Of a stretch of DNA of 50,622 nt, positions 25,871 through 38,209 are shown in pieces (positions within the stretch are counted from its first letter, which is position 1; the number at the start of each line of letters is the position of its first letter). Origin of the DNA: Atractiella rhizophila (lineage: Eukaryota). The notes beneath the pieces are model-generated. The model had not been told where the DNA came from. It saw only the letters and a program-made list of their open reading frames with translations, and searched no databases. The position numbers and the translations under genes are program-made. Where the stretch lies: contig MU271298.1 in NCBI GenBank assembly GCA_021432655.1, positions 7,532 through 58,153 on the forward strand, in the 5' to 3' direction.

Positions 25871-26153
25871 CAAGTGTGTCAACCGGCCTTCGTCCCTCAG
25901 GCCCCCCAACCCACTCGCAAGGGGCATGGCCCCTTGAACCCTACTGTGACTCTTGTGAGGGTTCGAGTCCAGTTGAAACGCATTTTTTACCCCCTTCAGA
26001 ATAAAATTTCCTCGCAGCTTCAGAAAGGCGCAAGCATATGCAGTAAGGTGGTGTAATTCATTTCGTCTCAATGGGCCTGGTGAGGGAGGAATAAAGGCTC
26101 AAAAGTGCGTTTTATGACTCATGCCAAGGACGGATGGCTTTTAGAGGTAAGGA
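25871..26153 (-). mobile_element. Complete non-autonomous mini-Helitron (283 bp)
   Basis: 5' TCCTTACC..., subterminal GC hairpin (25885-25903), 3' CTTG, inserted between A and T with no TSD. Excision restores the hAT reading VLEEFDVCEN-intron-VILPFADNASNND. Confidence 0.85.
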
Positions 26154-27107
26154 TGTGATTTTTCATATTTATCTGTCTTTATGTGTGTGGCATCGCTCAA
26201 CGTGTTTCCTACAAGGTCATCCTTCCCTTTGCCGATAATGCCTCGAACAATGACACTTTTACGAAAGCCCTCACTGACCTCAGCAAGTTCCCACAGATGG
26301 TGCGGTGGGAAGGATCGGCAATGTGTGTTAGATCCTTTCCGCATATCCTAAACCTCATTGCAAAGGTCTGCTGCATTACTAACTACTTCGGTGTTCATTA
26401 TCAAACCAATGCCATCACCAGGTATTTATCTCACGCTTTAAATGTCCAGTAACCAAGAAGTCCTCAGTGGATGGAGTTGGGATGTCCGTTGCACTGGATG
26501 AAGCTGCATTGGCAGAACTGGATCATGAAATCAATGAGTCAGGCTTTGGAGATGAGGCAGACATCTTTGGTGAGTGGTCTCTGAGTCCGGTTCTATGCTT
26601 ACCAGATTAAGGGGCTTTGGATGAAGCACAAGCTGATGATGCTGCCATCATGGCAATTGATAACCAGGTCATGGCAACAGAATGTTCCGCACAGCAGGAA
26701 CGTGAGGCTCGCTTTATACTTACCAAGGTTTGATTAGTTGTTTTGACTTACAACTTATGTTTCTCACAGCCACTCCATTGGATCAGGTCATTAATCTTGC
26801 CAGGAGGGTTGAAGACAGTGATGCAATATGTACAATCCTGGAGACTGAAGTCCTGCCAGCACAGAAAGATAACCTAACCGGAGTGCTTAAGCACTTCAAG
26901 CTGCCAATCCACCTCGTTTGTGCGTCAATGGAATGGTGAAGGTGCAATGGTCAATCATGCTCTACAGCTGATGGAGCCCATCACAAATGCCTGTGGGAAG
27001 CCAAGGCTGAAGCTGGAGATTTGCTGACTGACAGGAATGGAGTGGTCGATCTTGGATGAGCTTGTTCAGTTGTTTGATATGAGTCTTTTGCCTTTGGCGC
27101 CCACCCG

Positions 27108-28274
27108 TAGAGTATATGGGTATTGCGTACCAAGACGTGCCGTACATGCTTCTTTTCAAGCGATACGGATATGGAAGTGAAATGAAGTTAATTTCCAAAA
27201 TGTTTACTGGTACGGAAGGTACATTATACGGTGTATATGGCATATGGAACAGAAAAAAAGGGAATCACCATATCTACGGTTTCTTGACACCCTGCATTAA
27301 CCATGCCTTCGTTGTCATGGTCTCTGAAAGAGTTTCCGCTGACATTGAGTCTCATTGGTTCGTATTGAACTTTACCCACGAGAAAAGTCGCTCAACCAGC
27401 TGTTGAACCGGTATTGCAAGAAGGTCTCTTGCAATGAGCCGTAGAATGGGATATGAATCCTCATGTCGCTAAACAAAGCATCAATTAAGTAACTAGAATA
27501 AAGAAAATAGAAGACATCTAACCTTCCACCATTTGAGAGGGTTACGGTCCTTTTTGAGCTTGATAGCAGAGAACGAGTCAATTTCATGGAGGCTATCCTC
27601 AAGGTCTTCATGTAATGGAAGATCAACGAGAACACCATACTCCTCTCCATTTTCGTCTGAACCCATGCCGTTAAGCTCCTTCCCCGCTCTCTGATCAGTG
27701 GTATTGAGAGGTTTACAGAGGTGCATTGCTCTTTTGATGGACTGAGACCAGGTAGTGTTAGACCAATGGCTATCTATCCATGGTGGATGGCCCATTGTGT
27801 AGCCAAAAATTGCAACAGGTGCGTAATTGCTATGTGAGAAGAGTCTCAACACTTACGAGCTGCACTGGTGTGGGTCAGGCTGATGCAGTTGAGCAAGAGA
27901 TGGCAAACCGAGTAACTTTGATTGAGTTGTGAAAACTCCTTAAGATTTTGTCGATATGCAAACTAGTGGAGACAAAGTGTTGGATAATCTCTCAGTATAC
28001 CCCTCTTTTCGTTGTAGACCTTTATGTGGTCACAATTCTATACCACGACTCGTGCATACATCTTGACTTCAGGTACAGTGTCATTCAAGGCAGCTCACTC
28101 AAAGCTCATGGTAAATGCTTGTCTACCTCCAGCTGATTTTTTCTTAATGAACTAGTATTAGGCTGTGGTTAAGTCTTCTGCCTTTAAGAATTTCCTAGCG
28201 GTTCTCAAGCACAATGCCATTGTGATGAAATTAGTCTGAAGAGATGAACAGTGCCACTGTACAAAGGCACGTAA
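27108..28274 (-). mobile_element. Third hAT remnant (C-terminal dimerisation domain plus terminus)
   Basis: EID.F...NPLKWWK..HEDSYPILRLIARDLLAIP...VERLFS...MSAETLSETMTTKAWL. TACGG/CCGTA-rich subterminal repeats end at TAGAGTATATGGG (27108). Confidence 0.8.
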
Positions 28275-29780
28275 TCTATTCTTCTAAGAGTGTTGGGTTT
28301 GTTGGCATGAGTCATAAGACGTACTTTTGAACCCTCACACCTCCCACACCATGCACAAAAGAATGAAATGAATTATACCATCATAACCCACATGCTTGCT
28401 CCTTTCTGAACCTGTAAGGAAATTTTATTCTCAAAGGGTTGAAAAAATGCGTTTTGTGCTGAACTTGAACCCTTGAAAGCAAGGAAATAGCCAAACTCTG
28501 TCCTCACAAATCTGCCACAGCAGCCCCTCAATGAACCAAATTCCGCCGCAGCAGGCATGTCCAGAATTGCCCTGCATGCGATTTTGTTAGCGTGGTTTGA
28601 TCTTTTCTCTGACGTTTGATCTTTCTCTTATCTCAGGTTGTGTGCCAAAAGGTGAGGAAAGGAAAGGACTGACATGTAAGTGAAATATAGCCTCTTAGAT
28701 GCTTCTGATGGCCAAGTAGACCATTATGCCCCATCCCAAGCAAAAAAGGTGCTAAGACATGAATTCGTAGCAGAGGTGAGAAGATAGCCCCATTGATCCT
28801 CCCTGGTGTTCAGAGAGGTGTGCTGCAGGGTTACCTCAGCGCTTTCAGCTTACACAACCCACACCTTCTCAACATTTGACCCATGAGACTCGGCAGCAGC
28901 AAGGACATGCTCCACAGAGGCAATGCCGTCAACATCACCATCCAGACCCAGAACTATTAGGCAGTGATGCAAATAGAGACTCATCTGATGAAGACCTTGA
29001 AGAAAATGATCTACACAATGTAAGATACGTTCCACCATAGGATAAGAGGCAAGACCGTCATCCTTTCGCTGCATTCAACTGTTCTCCGCATACTGTTGAA
29101 GCCTTGAAACTCTCAGGCTGGAACACTGTCTTCTGCTCACAATGTGATGCATTTCTTTGGCTAGAAGAAAGGACGTCAGATAGCTCCAAACAAAGACCAG
29201 AATTTTCTTATTGCTATCTCCATGGAAAGTTGGTCCTGCCAGCTTATAACGACCCTCCTCCAGAACTACTCCACCTTCTTAATCCTGAAACACCAGAATC
29301 GAAACAGTTCTGCGAGAATATACTTTCCTATAACAACGCTCTTTCCTTTACTTCTCTTGGTGTCAAGTGGCCTCCTATTCCAGGTCATGGAGTTTATTCC
29401 TTCCGGATCCAAGGAGAGCTCCGTCATCGAATTGAGGCACTGCTACCAGACTCTGATGGTGAGGAGAAATTTGCACAGATCTACATGCTCGATCCATCAG
29501 AACAGATCTAGCAGAGGTTAGGAGTTGTTGGGCAGAGTAAGTTAAAGGAGAATATATTAAGAAAACCTCAAGAGATGATCTGGCATGAGAATCCCTGGCC
29601 ACATATCTATCAAATTGTGAAGGAGCAAATGCAAGACCCTCCCACACTACAACTACACCTTCGGACTATTGATCCCAAGGACAAGGACCCTCGGCAACAC
29701 AATAAGCCAACAGGCCATGGGATAGGAGAAATGGCAGTTCTACTCATTGGAGGGGAACTCGCTGTTCCGGAAGGCACAGA
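28275..29780 (+). mobile_element. 5' portion of a Helitron (terminus plus RepHel N-terminal region), truncated
   Basis: A|TCTATTCTTCTAAG...TTGGCATGAGTCATAAGACGTACTTTTGAACCC 5' end homologous to the other Helitron ends. CSQCDAFLWLEER...FSYC..GKLVLP...F.ENI.SYNNALSFTSLG...FRIQGEL.HRI..LLP...FAQIYMLD...NPW..IY...PRQHNKP. Confidence 0.85.
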
Positions 29781-30250
29781 TGTTCAGGATCCAAAAATCT
29801 TTTGTTGTGCCATGTTTATGCTCAATGATAGCTTTTCTTCTATTGGACTGCAGCCATTCTTGATGGACCATGGCTTCTCCAGTTGCACCACAGAACATCA
29901 GATCACATGCATGCTGGACATTGACAGGTGTCATGATCATGTTTAATAGCAAAAGAAATTGGTTGGATGATGTTGGTGCAAGAACTGGGCAGGTAGAAGC
30001 GGGGTGCATAGCATCGACTGCATAAGGAAGTGCAAGGATAGAGAGTCTTGACTTGGATCCATCGGGTGTTTGCTGCTCCAGTCGTAATATCTCGACAACC
30101 TTTGCAACCATTGGAAACCGTTGAGAATCCATGGCCATAGTTAGGACCCAGGACCCAGCATGAATAAGCTCGTCTTTATTAACGATTACTGACGAGACAA
30201 TTTGATGAGAGAAATGAAGAAATAAACTTCTGTTGCAACTGAGGGTAGTA
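29780..30250 (-). mobile_element. C-terminal fragment of a fungal CACTA/EnSpm-like transposase
   Basis: DELIHAGSWV...VAKVVEIL...VNVQHACD..C......QE......IIEH resembles the conserved NVQHxC C-terminal motif of basidiomycete EnSpm-type transposases (recalled motif). Confidence 0.55.
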
Positions 30251-31259
30251 TCAAGAAGTATACTTGACGGAATGTGTGATCGGTCGCCGATTGAGCGGAT
30301 GAAACCAAATGTTCCATGATCGCGAACGAAGTAACATGAAAGTCCACGGAACGGGAGGAGAGTAGTAGGGAGGCCTGTGATGAACTGAATAGTATGGGAA
30401 GGATCCCTGATGAAGGGCCGCACGACGAAGGACGGCGGAGGCCCAAAGGTGAGGACGTGAATCCTCTCGCTACAGGTATTACCAAGCGTGACACAAAGTG
30501 GCCAAGTCAACAGTTGGCACGGAGAAGTGAGAATATAGGACCATGAGAGAGAACAAAGCAAGCATACCTAACACTCATAAAGCTCATGAGCGCTCATGGA
30601 GTGCGTTGAAGACTGTGGCACGGCAATACGAAGACAGGGTCAGAGGAGAAAGGGCCAAAAGAGAATGCACCTTCACTGAGTGTTTTGAAATCGACGGTAG
30701 CACTTCGAAACTCGAAGGAAGAAGGTTCAACTCAAGTACAAAGTGCAGCGATGCTTATCTATCAATAGACAAGGCTCCAAAGATGGTGGTTGGGTAATAA
30801 GACGATATTATTGACAACAACTTCGAAGGTGGGCTGAAATAGAGTAACTGTTCGTTTACAGTGATTGGGCTCATTGGGGCTGACTCCTGCGCAGTAGTGC
30901 ACTTAACTATTAGAGAAATGATAAGGCATAGAAGGTTCGGTGTTGACAGCTACGATTCCTGCTTCAATTGTCGATCAATGTCAAAACCCTAGGGCAACAT
31001 GCATTGCGGGTCCACTCATGACCAGTAGTGAGGTGGTGGACGGAAAGGCTTATCCTCAAGCACCTCAACATTTGGTCTGGCAGAGTAGTTCAAAGTGCCG
31101 GAAGATACCTGAGAAAGGCGCTGCTATTGGTTGGATATATTATATTCTGCCATCACAACAGTTCGCTGTTAAGAGGAATGGATCAATAGCTTTACCAATT
31201 GGCAGGATAACGACTTGATCAGCAGTTATCAACGGCCCACAACTAGCCAAGACCGAGTT

Positions 31260-33050
31260 TGAGATCTTGGATGCAGGGCAAGCGGTTGACGTACTCCTCA
31301 GCAAGGGATGGAAAGAAGATATGGAAGCAATTCACTTCTACAAATGGGACGTCATATGCTTCGTGCCAACGGACGACAGCAAAACTTGGAAATGTTATAG
31401 GAATGAAACGATTGGATCAACTCAACCACCTCGAAACCTCCCATCAAACCCCCTTGAGATCAATTACTCCCCTCCGGAACCATATTCTACTTCGACACCA
31501 CCACCGACCACGACGCCTATTTATCCTCACAATTCCAAATCATCGACAACTCTTGCAAAATAGATGAAGAAGTATTTGTGCTGGAGCAATACAAGAAAAT
31601 CCTGGATCACCCTCTCTGTCCAGGTGCCTGTTGGATCGAAGCTGCTAGTAGTGGACGAACTGAGTGCCGATTCGACGGGCAAGCTAAAGGGGAGGAAGCA
31701 GTGGCTAGCCCAGCCATCAAAAGAGACTACTCCTTTTTCATCCCTGGCAGAAAGCATCACGATGCCACCACTTCCAAGCTCAATGACCAGCTGCAAGGAA
31801 AACCTTGGAAGGCATTAGGAATCCTGGGTCCTCCCTCCATGGCCCAGGTGCCTGTTGGGTCAGCCCTAGGGGAGGAAAGTAGCGATTTCGACTCAGCGGG
31901 CGTACGACTGGGGAGGGAGTGGAGGCTAGCCCAGCCATCAAGACAACCAACTCCCTTTCCACCCCTTTCCACCCCTGGTGGGAAGCGTGAGCAGCCTTTC
32001 CTATAACCCAACACCGAAGGCTAACGCTCCAACATTTCCCCTCAGGATGCCGGCCTTCCAAAACGCTTTTGTCGACACCTCTAGGCTTACATACCGAGTT
32101 CTTCATCGGAATGATATCAGAAACGATGCTGCTGGAAGAGGATTGTTCGCTTTCAAAGTAATGGGGCTGGCACCTACTGGGAAATGATGGATCACGTGTT
32201 TGGAGATCTATGCCAGAAACACAGAGGGCAGCTAGGTTGGTGGGTTGACGATCCTCAGAAACTTCCTCCAGCAATGCCGAGCAGCATATCGATCACAGCG
32301 TCGAAAGGACAGTTCTTGGTCTCTCGAGTACAATGGTGCGGCGTAGTAGTGGCAGACGATGGAGTGAAGGTGTATGCAAGCAAGATCGATGCTATCATGA
32401 GTATGCCAGAGCCAACAAACCCAGCTGAAATGCTCAGGTTCCTCAGCACAGCTGGGGCCGGAGGACTCCAAATCCTCATCCCCAACCTCGCGAAAATTAT
32501 GCACTACCTTCGTCCCTTCACAATCGCTGCACCTCTGACTCCAGCGGATAAGCAACCAGACGGAAAGAACTAGCTGGGGGCTATCAAGCGAGCACTGGGA
32601 CGGATACCGCCAAGGTGGAAGCTAACCGACGAGCATAGACATGCTATTAGCTCTCTAAAGCTTGTGTTATGCAGTGCTCCCGTCTTACGCTCTCCACACT
32701 TTGCTCCAGATTCAGAATTCGTTGTCCAATCAGAAGCATGTCGACACGGTTTTGCCACCATACTCAGGCCAACGCTTCGAGGATGGCATCATCCATCCAG
32801 TCGGGTACGCATCCCGAGTCTGGTACCCTGAGTGGGAAGCAGTCTCACATAAAAATTAACCTCCGCTGTGCATATTGTGAAGGAAATGGCCATGCGGCAG
32901 ACGGCGATAGAGGAAAAGCCAGGGCAATTGAGAGAGAATCAGGCGAATACTTTGAGAGAGATGACCTAGGAAGAATGCTAGACTTACTGATACAAAAAGA
33001 AGAGAATGTTGACGATAGTGGAAGAGGAGATGTAGAGCGGGCTTGAAGCT
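31260..33050 (+). mobile_element. Ty3/Gypsy LTR retrotransposon remnant (RT C-terminus/RNase H, degenerate gag-like pieces)
   Basis: KGQFLVSRVQWCGVVV..DGVK....KIDAI.SMPEP.N..EM.RFL, IPNLAKI..YL, WKLTDEH..AI..LK..LCSAPVL..P, FVVQSEAC..G, HPVGYASR (32300-32820). Outer limits are approximate. Confidence 0.75.
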
Positions 33051-34939
33051 TGATGACTATAAGGACTCGATTAACGGCAAACACCATGGCACTCTATCAC
33101 GCTTTGTGTCTGTCGTTCACAGATCATAGACATGACAGTTAGGAGCAAAATAAATGGTTGACGTGGTTTGATGGTCTTGAAGGAAGGTACAATCCATTTC
33201 CTGGGGCAACATGGTGAAGCGTGATCCTTCTCAAAGTGGTGAAGGTATGCTTCCCCTCTTCGTGGATATGGACAAGCCAAAACGAAACTAAGTAGCGGAG
33301 CCTCCCCTCGAGGAGTTGTCCTCTAAATCCAATGAGGCTTTGAGCGAACTACCAACACATCATCAAAAGCGACTTTTACTAAGTGACAGCGTGATCCACA
33401 CTATGCGTAGACGAAGCTCCATTTAGCACACCAGCTCAAAGAGTCCGAAGAGCTTCTTCATGATCTGAAGGAAAATCTGAGCAGCTCGATGCATCCTGTC
33501 ATAGTGATGAGAAGGGAGACCGGAGAGAAGGATTGTGGCATTGAGAGCATGATGAAGAACCTGTTTCAGATCAGAGGCATTTTCTCCATCATTGACGATC
33601 AAAGTGAGTTTTTTGACCTTTTCTATGCCTTTGAAAACTAATGGTTCGAAATGTTGAACGCAGTGAGATGTTGTGAAGGTCGAATTAATGAGCTTGAAGA
33701 GGAGCTCTGGCAAGTGCAGAAGCTGGCTGACAGTGATTGTGAAGAAAGGAGAAGCAGTTTGAGGCTTTAGAGAGGAAGTTTAGTCGGCTTATGAACTCCA
33801 TCAAAGAGAGTATTGGCCGGATCAAAGACCATACAGATACTTTGGATAAGACGCTCGAAGATGGAAAGCGTGAGTTAGGTTATATCAAGCTACACTTGTT
33901 TGGAAGCCTGTCGTTATATTTGCCTGAGCATCTGCTGGCTCTCGCACCTTATCGTCAGCCAGAGAGGTACACACCGAAATCATCTCAGTTCCAGGTGCTG
34001 TTCAATTGAGCTGGAACAACCTCTTCCTGTCCACTGGAAACGTCGTTGAGGACTTAAGTATACACCCGCATATCGGGGTTCATGACTGCCAGAACGATGA
34101 GCCAATTCTTGGGAACTCGTAGTTGCCAGCTATCACTGGCACTTGTATTCATGCTCCCACTACCCGTCAGGTTTCCAGACCCTTTCGCTTATTTGCAAGT
34201 TTGGCTTGGGTTGTAACTCCATTCCCTTCCTCTTTTGCAGCCTCTGACAAGGAGAGGGTGAGTATATAATGACTGCGTTTCCGGTACATCAAACATTTGA
34301 AGCATCTAAACATATCATGAGTATGAGCAATCTGTAATGCAGAGGCACTGACGCCGAGGATGCGAAGGACCAAGTCCTGTGAGGCGGATGAGGGGAACCG
34401 GTGAGGCATGGTAGATGTGTCGTTGTTGTTCAATTCCGGTTGGATTCCACACGATTCGACCTGCTTGGGAGGATGATGCAGAAACAATGGGCAGAATTGT
34501 GTCCATGCATGTGCACTGGCGCCAAAACCACCCGTGGACCGCAGTTACAACCCGTGCGATAATCTGTCCTAACAACAACATTGATACATTTTGGTGTCCA
34601 GCAATTCAGACTCATAGTCATGGGTTCGATGAGTAGGTGACAGTTTCTACATGACACAAAAGCTTCCTTGCCTCGTCTCATTGATGCCCTGGCGGAAAGG
34701 CGGTCCCGCCGTGGTCACAGTCCGACCCTCACATCGGAACAATGCTTCAGGTCAGTGGTTATGAACAGCGAAAATGGTGGGTGGCTCTATCTATGAGAGC
34801 GACCAAGCTGAGCCTTCTCCTTTGTTAACCTATCAAGAGTGGGTGAACTGCCTCACACTCATTCCAGCTCCGTTCAGATCCTTAACCTCGTCATCTCTTT
34901 GGGGTTGCATCGAGGCCTAATGAAAGACCTGATTGTTTG

Positions 34940-36000
34940 TCAGGATAGAGGGCCAAGGTAAACGGTAAGGGTCTTCAAATACATGTTGCTTTCCAGGTCA
35001 CACTTACACTCTATCCAGTGTTCGTAGACTGTCTTGATAAGGTCAGATGATGGAGAGGGATTAATCGCATCAGCTTTTATAGTTGGATCGGCAGCTCTAG
35101 ATAGAATAGCTGGGAACTGCTTCAAGATTGGCTTGAAAGGGCCGGATGGCCATCAGTGACGAATCTGTTCTTCAATAGCACACTTTTGCTAAACTTGTTT
35201 AATCTGCTAGACATGCTCCAAATGTAGCCCTGCAAAACCCAAAGAGTGTGTAAGTTTGTTTTCTGAGCAAAGACAGTAGTTACACATACTGAATTGCTTC
35301 TCCAAGTTTGTCAACATCAGTCTTTAGCCATAATTGACGGAATCATATGCCTCCTCCTTCTGCCACTTGTGCACTTGCACATTTAGTTTCTTTTGAGCAC
35401 TTTCTGGAACTGCGTCCAATCTTTTGCCACAGGGATCTCTCTGTTATAAAAGCTTGTAAACCTGCGAGTGCTAGACTTATACTCATTATTATCTCACACT
35501 TCGTAGGTAATGTAGTCTCTTTACATACTGAATGCAACAGATACTCATTGTTATCTCACACTTCGCTGCACTCATAAATTTGTCAATGATTCTGTAATAA
35601 AGTTGAACAGCTCTTGAGTGACGGCTGATGACGCCTGCAAGTATGGTATTCCATCCATGCAAGAAACTTAGTCATGAGTTCATTGAATCATTTAGAAAAA
35701 TAGACCGATACCTAATTCATATGGCTGAAAGTTCCTCCAAAAGTCAGGAGAGGTTGTGCTCCATTTGCCATGAGTCTGACATTTGAGAGAACACCAATTG
35801 CTTTTTGATTTGTATGATAGCCCATAAACTGAGCGATAACTAGTTGGCGCCAGCCCCTACTGTTAAACTTTCGCCATGCAGCCTTTGACTGGACATTTCT
35901 CCATATTATAGCAAGGAAAGTATTCGGGAGTTAGGACAAGAAGAGGTTCAACGAGAAATTTTTCTGGACAGTCAGAAACGTTTCTTCATCGTATATGGTC
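34940..36000 (-). mobile_element. Degenerate putative transposase-like gene of a basidiomycete Cys-rich family (DUF6729-like)
   Basis: Reading across frameshifts: KCPVKGC...SYRSVYGL...LKCQTHGKWSTTSPDFW...SAVTQELFNFITE...PSSDLIKTVYEHWIE...ES.MYLKTL. Family assignment is from memory. Confidence 0.4.
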
Positions 36001-37074
36001 ATAATCGGCAGTGAGAGGAATGAAAAGAGGTCCATAGGGGTGAAACCCAATGGGAATGGCTCCTTGGTTAATCTACATTTCACTTGTAACCCAGAGACTT
36101 TAAAATAAGTACAGCATAGCATACCTCTCTGTCAAAGACTCGGTTAACTATATTCTAACACTTGGGTAGCAAAGAATAGTTACCCCTCTTCTCCCATAAT
36201 ACTTTTATTTTTCTTCCATTTCTCCATTGTATCATTGACTGATTGACTTGTTTACATTGTTTTCCAGTCCACAAGCTAGTTTCCCTTCTTATTCCCAGCC
36301 TTCTGTCGAGTGTGGGTCTCTAGCACCTGTTAGCACAGTGCCTTCACGATGGGGGGGATCGAAGATGTTGGAGGAAAGCGCAGACATGACGATTGAATAA
36401 GTTCCAATGAGCTGGTACTCTCATTCAAATATTGAATGATGAGGCTGAGATTTCCACCTATATATTCAAAGTTGATCAGCAGTGTACTTGAATATAAATG
36501 ATGAAAGAAAGATTGGTAAGTTGTACCAAGGTAGTGAAGTGGCCAATCAGATCTATGGTGTGCTTCTGAAAGGGGGCCCTTGCAAGTTCAAAGGCCACCC
36601 CCTTGGCTTTACGTATACCTTGAGGGGAGCTACAGCGAGATGCCATTTTCTTTTCGCTCCGCTCGCCGTACAACAACCCCCTTTCTTCTCTAACCAACAC
36701 CATCTGCATAAATGATGAAAAGCCTATAGTAATAACATATTATCACCCTCAGATCTCACCAGAAATGACTCCAACACTTCCAAGCAACCCAGCTTCCTCC
36801 GAACATCATGTTCCTGCATCGAATCTTCAACAGGTGAATGAAAGCAACGATGGAGGAGTAGGGGAGGAGAGAGAAGGAGCATCTGATGGTGATATGGATT
36901 GGAAAGACTGGGAGAAGGCATGAAGGGTGGGAGAGAGTGGACGCGACAAAGAGCGGCGGGCGTGAGAGAGCAATGGGTATGGAAGCTGGTGGATGGAAAG
37001 TGAGAAGCAAGCAAAACGGAAAATACTGGGAGATAATTATTAGTACAATGTTCGTGCAAAGAGAAAAGGAATGA

Positions 37075-37281
37075 TGTTGGATTTTGTAGTCTAGTTTCGT
37101 TGCCACTCAGTGGCAAAGTTCTTTAGTTTTCTGGAATGTTCTACTACTTTCTAGTTGCCACAGCTGTAAGCTATATAAACACATAGAATTCCATTCCCTG
37201 TTGCTCATGCGTTTGTAAGACCTCAGCCAAACGTAACCAAGTCGTACTTAGCTCCGCTCCTCAGCCTGTCAATTTCCAACA
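37075..37281 (+). mobile_element. Solo LTR (207 bp) with 5-bp TSD AATGA
   Basis: TGTTGGA...TCCAACA ends, AATGA at 37070-37074 and 37282-37286, internal TATATAAA. Confidence 0.9.
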
Positions 37282-38209
37282 AATGAGAAGCAACAAGAGA
37301 TGCGCACCTTTCGCTGTGCTTAAGAAGCACACTCGCAGATCAGAGAATGAGGAAGCCAGGTTGATGAGAAGGTGCGGAAGGAAAGGGCGGCGGATGAGTA
37401 GATGGAAGAAGGAGGAAAGGACTTGTGCAACTGCAGCAGTCCTTTCCTCTGCTGTTGCTCGTGGTTTGTGGGTCCGTCCTTCTTCTTTCTTTTCCTCGTT
37501 CCATTCATTCTTTCTTTTGAGATCTCTGCTCTTCTTTCGAAGGAAGATTTGCCCATGTTTGTGGCCATGGAAGATATATTTTCCGCTCTACTTCATACTT
37601 CAAGTCATTCGATGGACTCAGTTTTATCTGGCTACCAGATCCCTGCCTATGTCTCTTATTCAGACGCTCGAGGACGGCTTGTCAATAATTTACGGTTAGC
37701 GGAATGGGATGACGAATTGTACATAAAGCATGGCAGGCAGACTGCAAATCTTGCGAAAGTCCTTCTGCCTATCGAGGATACAGTTCAGCAGGTTGTTAAT
37801 GATACAGAGGATCAACACTACTTTGAGGCACATAGCCATAAAGCATTCATGAGTAAGCATGATGCTTCCCTGGAGTCTGCGAAGATTAACAAAATATTTT
37901 GAAGACAATGGGCGGGATTACGGTGCTTGTATACGAGGAATGACAAAAGAGTGCACCCTCGGAGAGTGGCCACTCTCCATCTATCTCTGCATGCACATCT
38001 CCAAGCCTGCTTCCTGCTTCCAAGAAGGACAACGAGCTTCGACAGAGAGATGAAAAGATAGTGAGAAACAAGGAGGCGAGTGACCTCTATGTTCAGAAGA
38101 TAGGATTCTTTCAGTCAGATTGCCAGGTGGCATCCCAATCGATGAGGGCAGTCGTCAAAATGCGCGCAGTTCAAGACGTGTTTGAGGAGCTCCACACATG
38201 CCAAAAAAG

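Larger units (their letters stand above)
20464..27107 (+). mobile_element. Second hAT transposon remnant, interrupted by two nested insertions
   Basis: Probable TAGGG.. terminus at 20464. Transposase pieces at 24700-27085: LWCA..ARPFNITHDKYY, NGWTSP, ESHTGVAIAE, DNASNND, VRSFPHILNLIAK, EWSILDEL. The 5' boundary is tentative. Confidence 0.75.

Noticed and set aside
33423..34930. Coding-like fragments (possible LRR/F-box-like and gag-like pieces)
   Set aside because: Similarity too vague to support a call.
37402..38200. 166-aa ORF and neighbours downstream of the solo LTR
   Set aside because: Low-complexity start and no identifiable domain.
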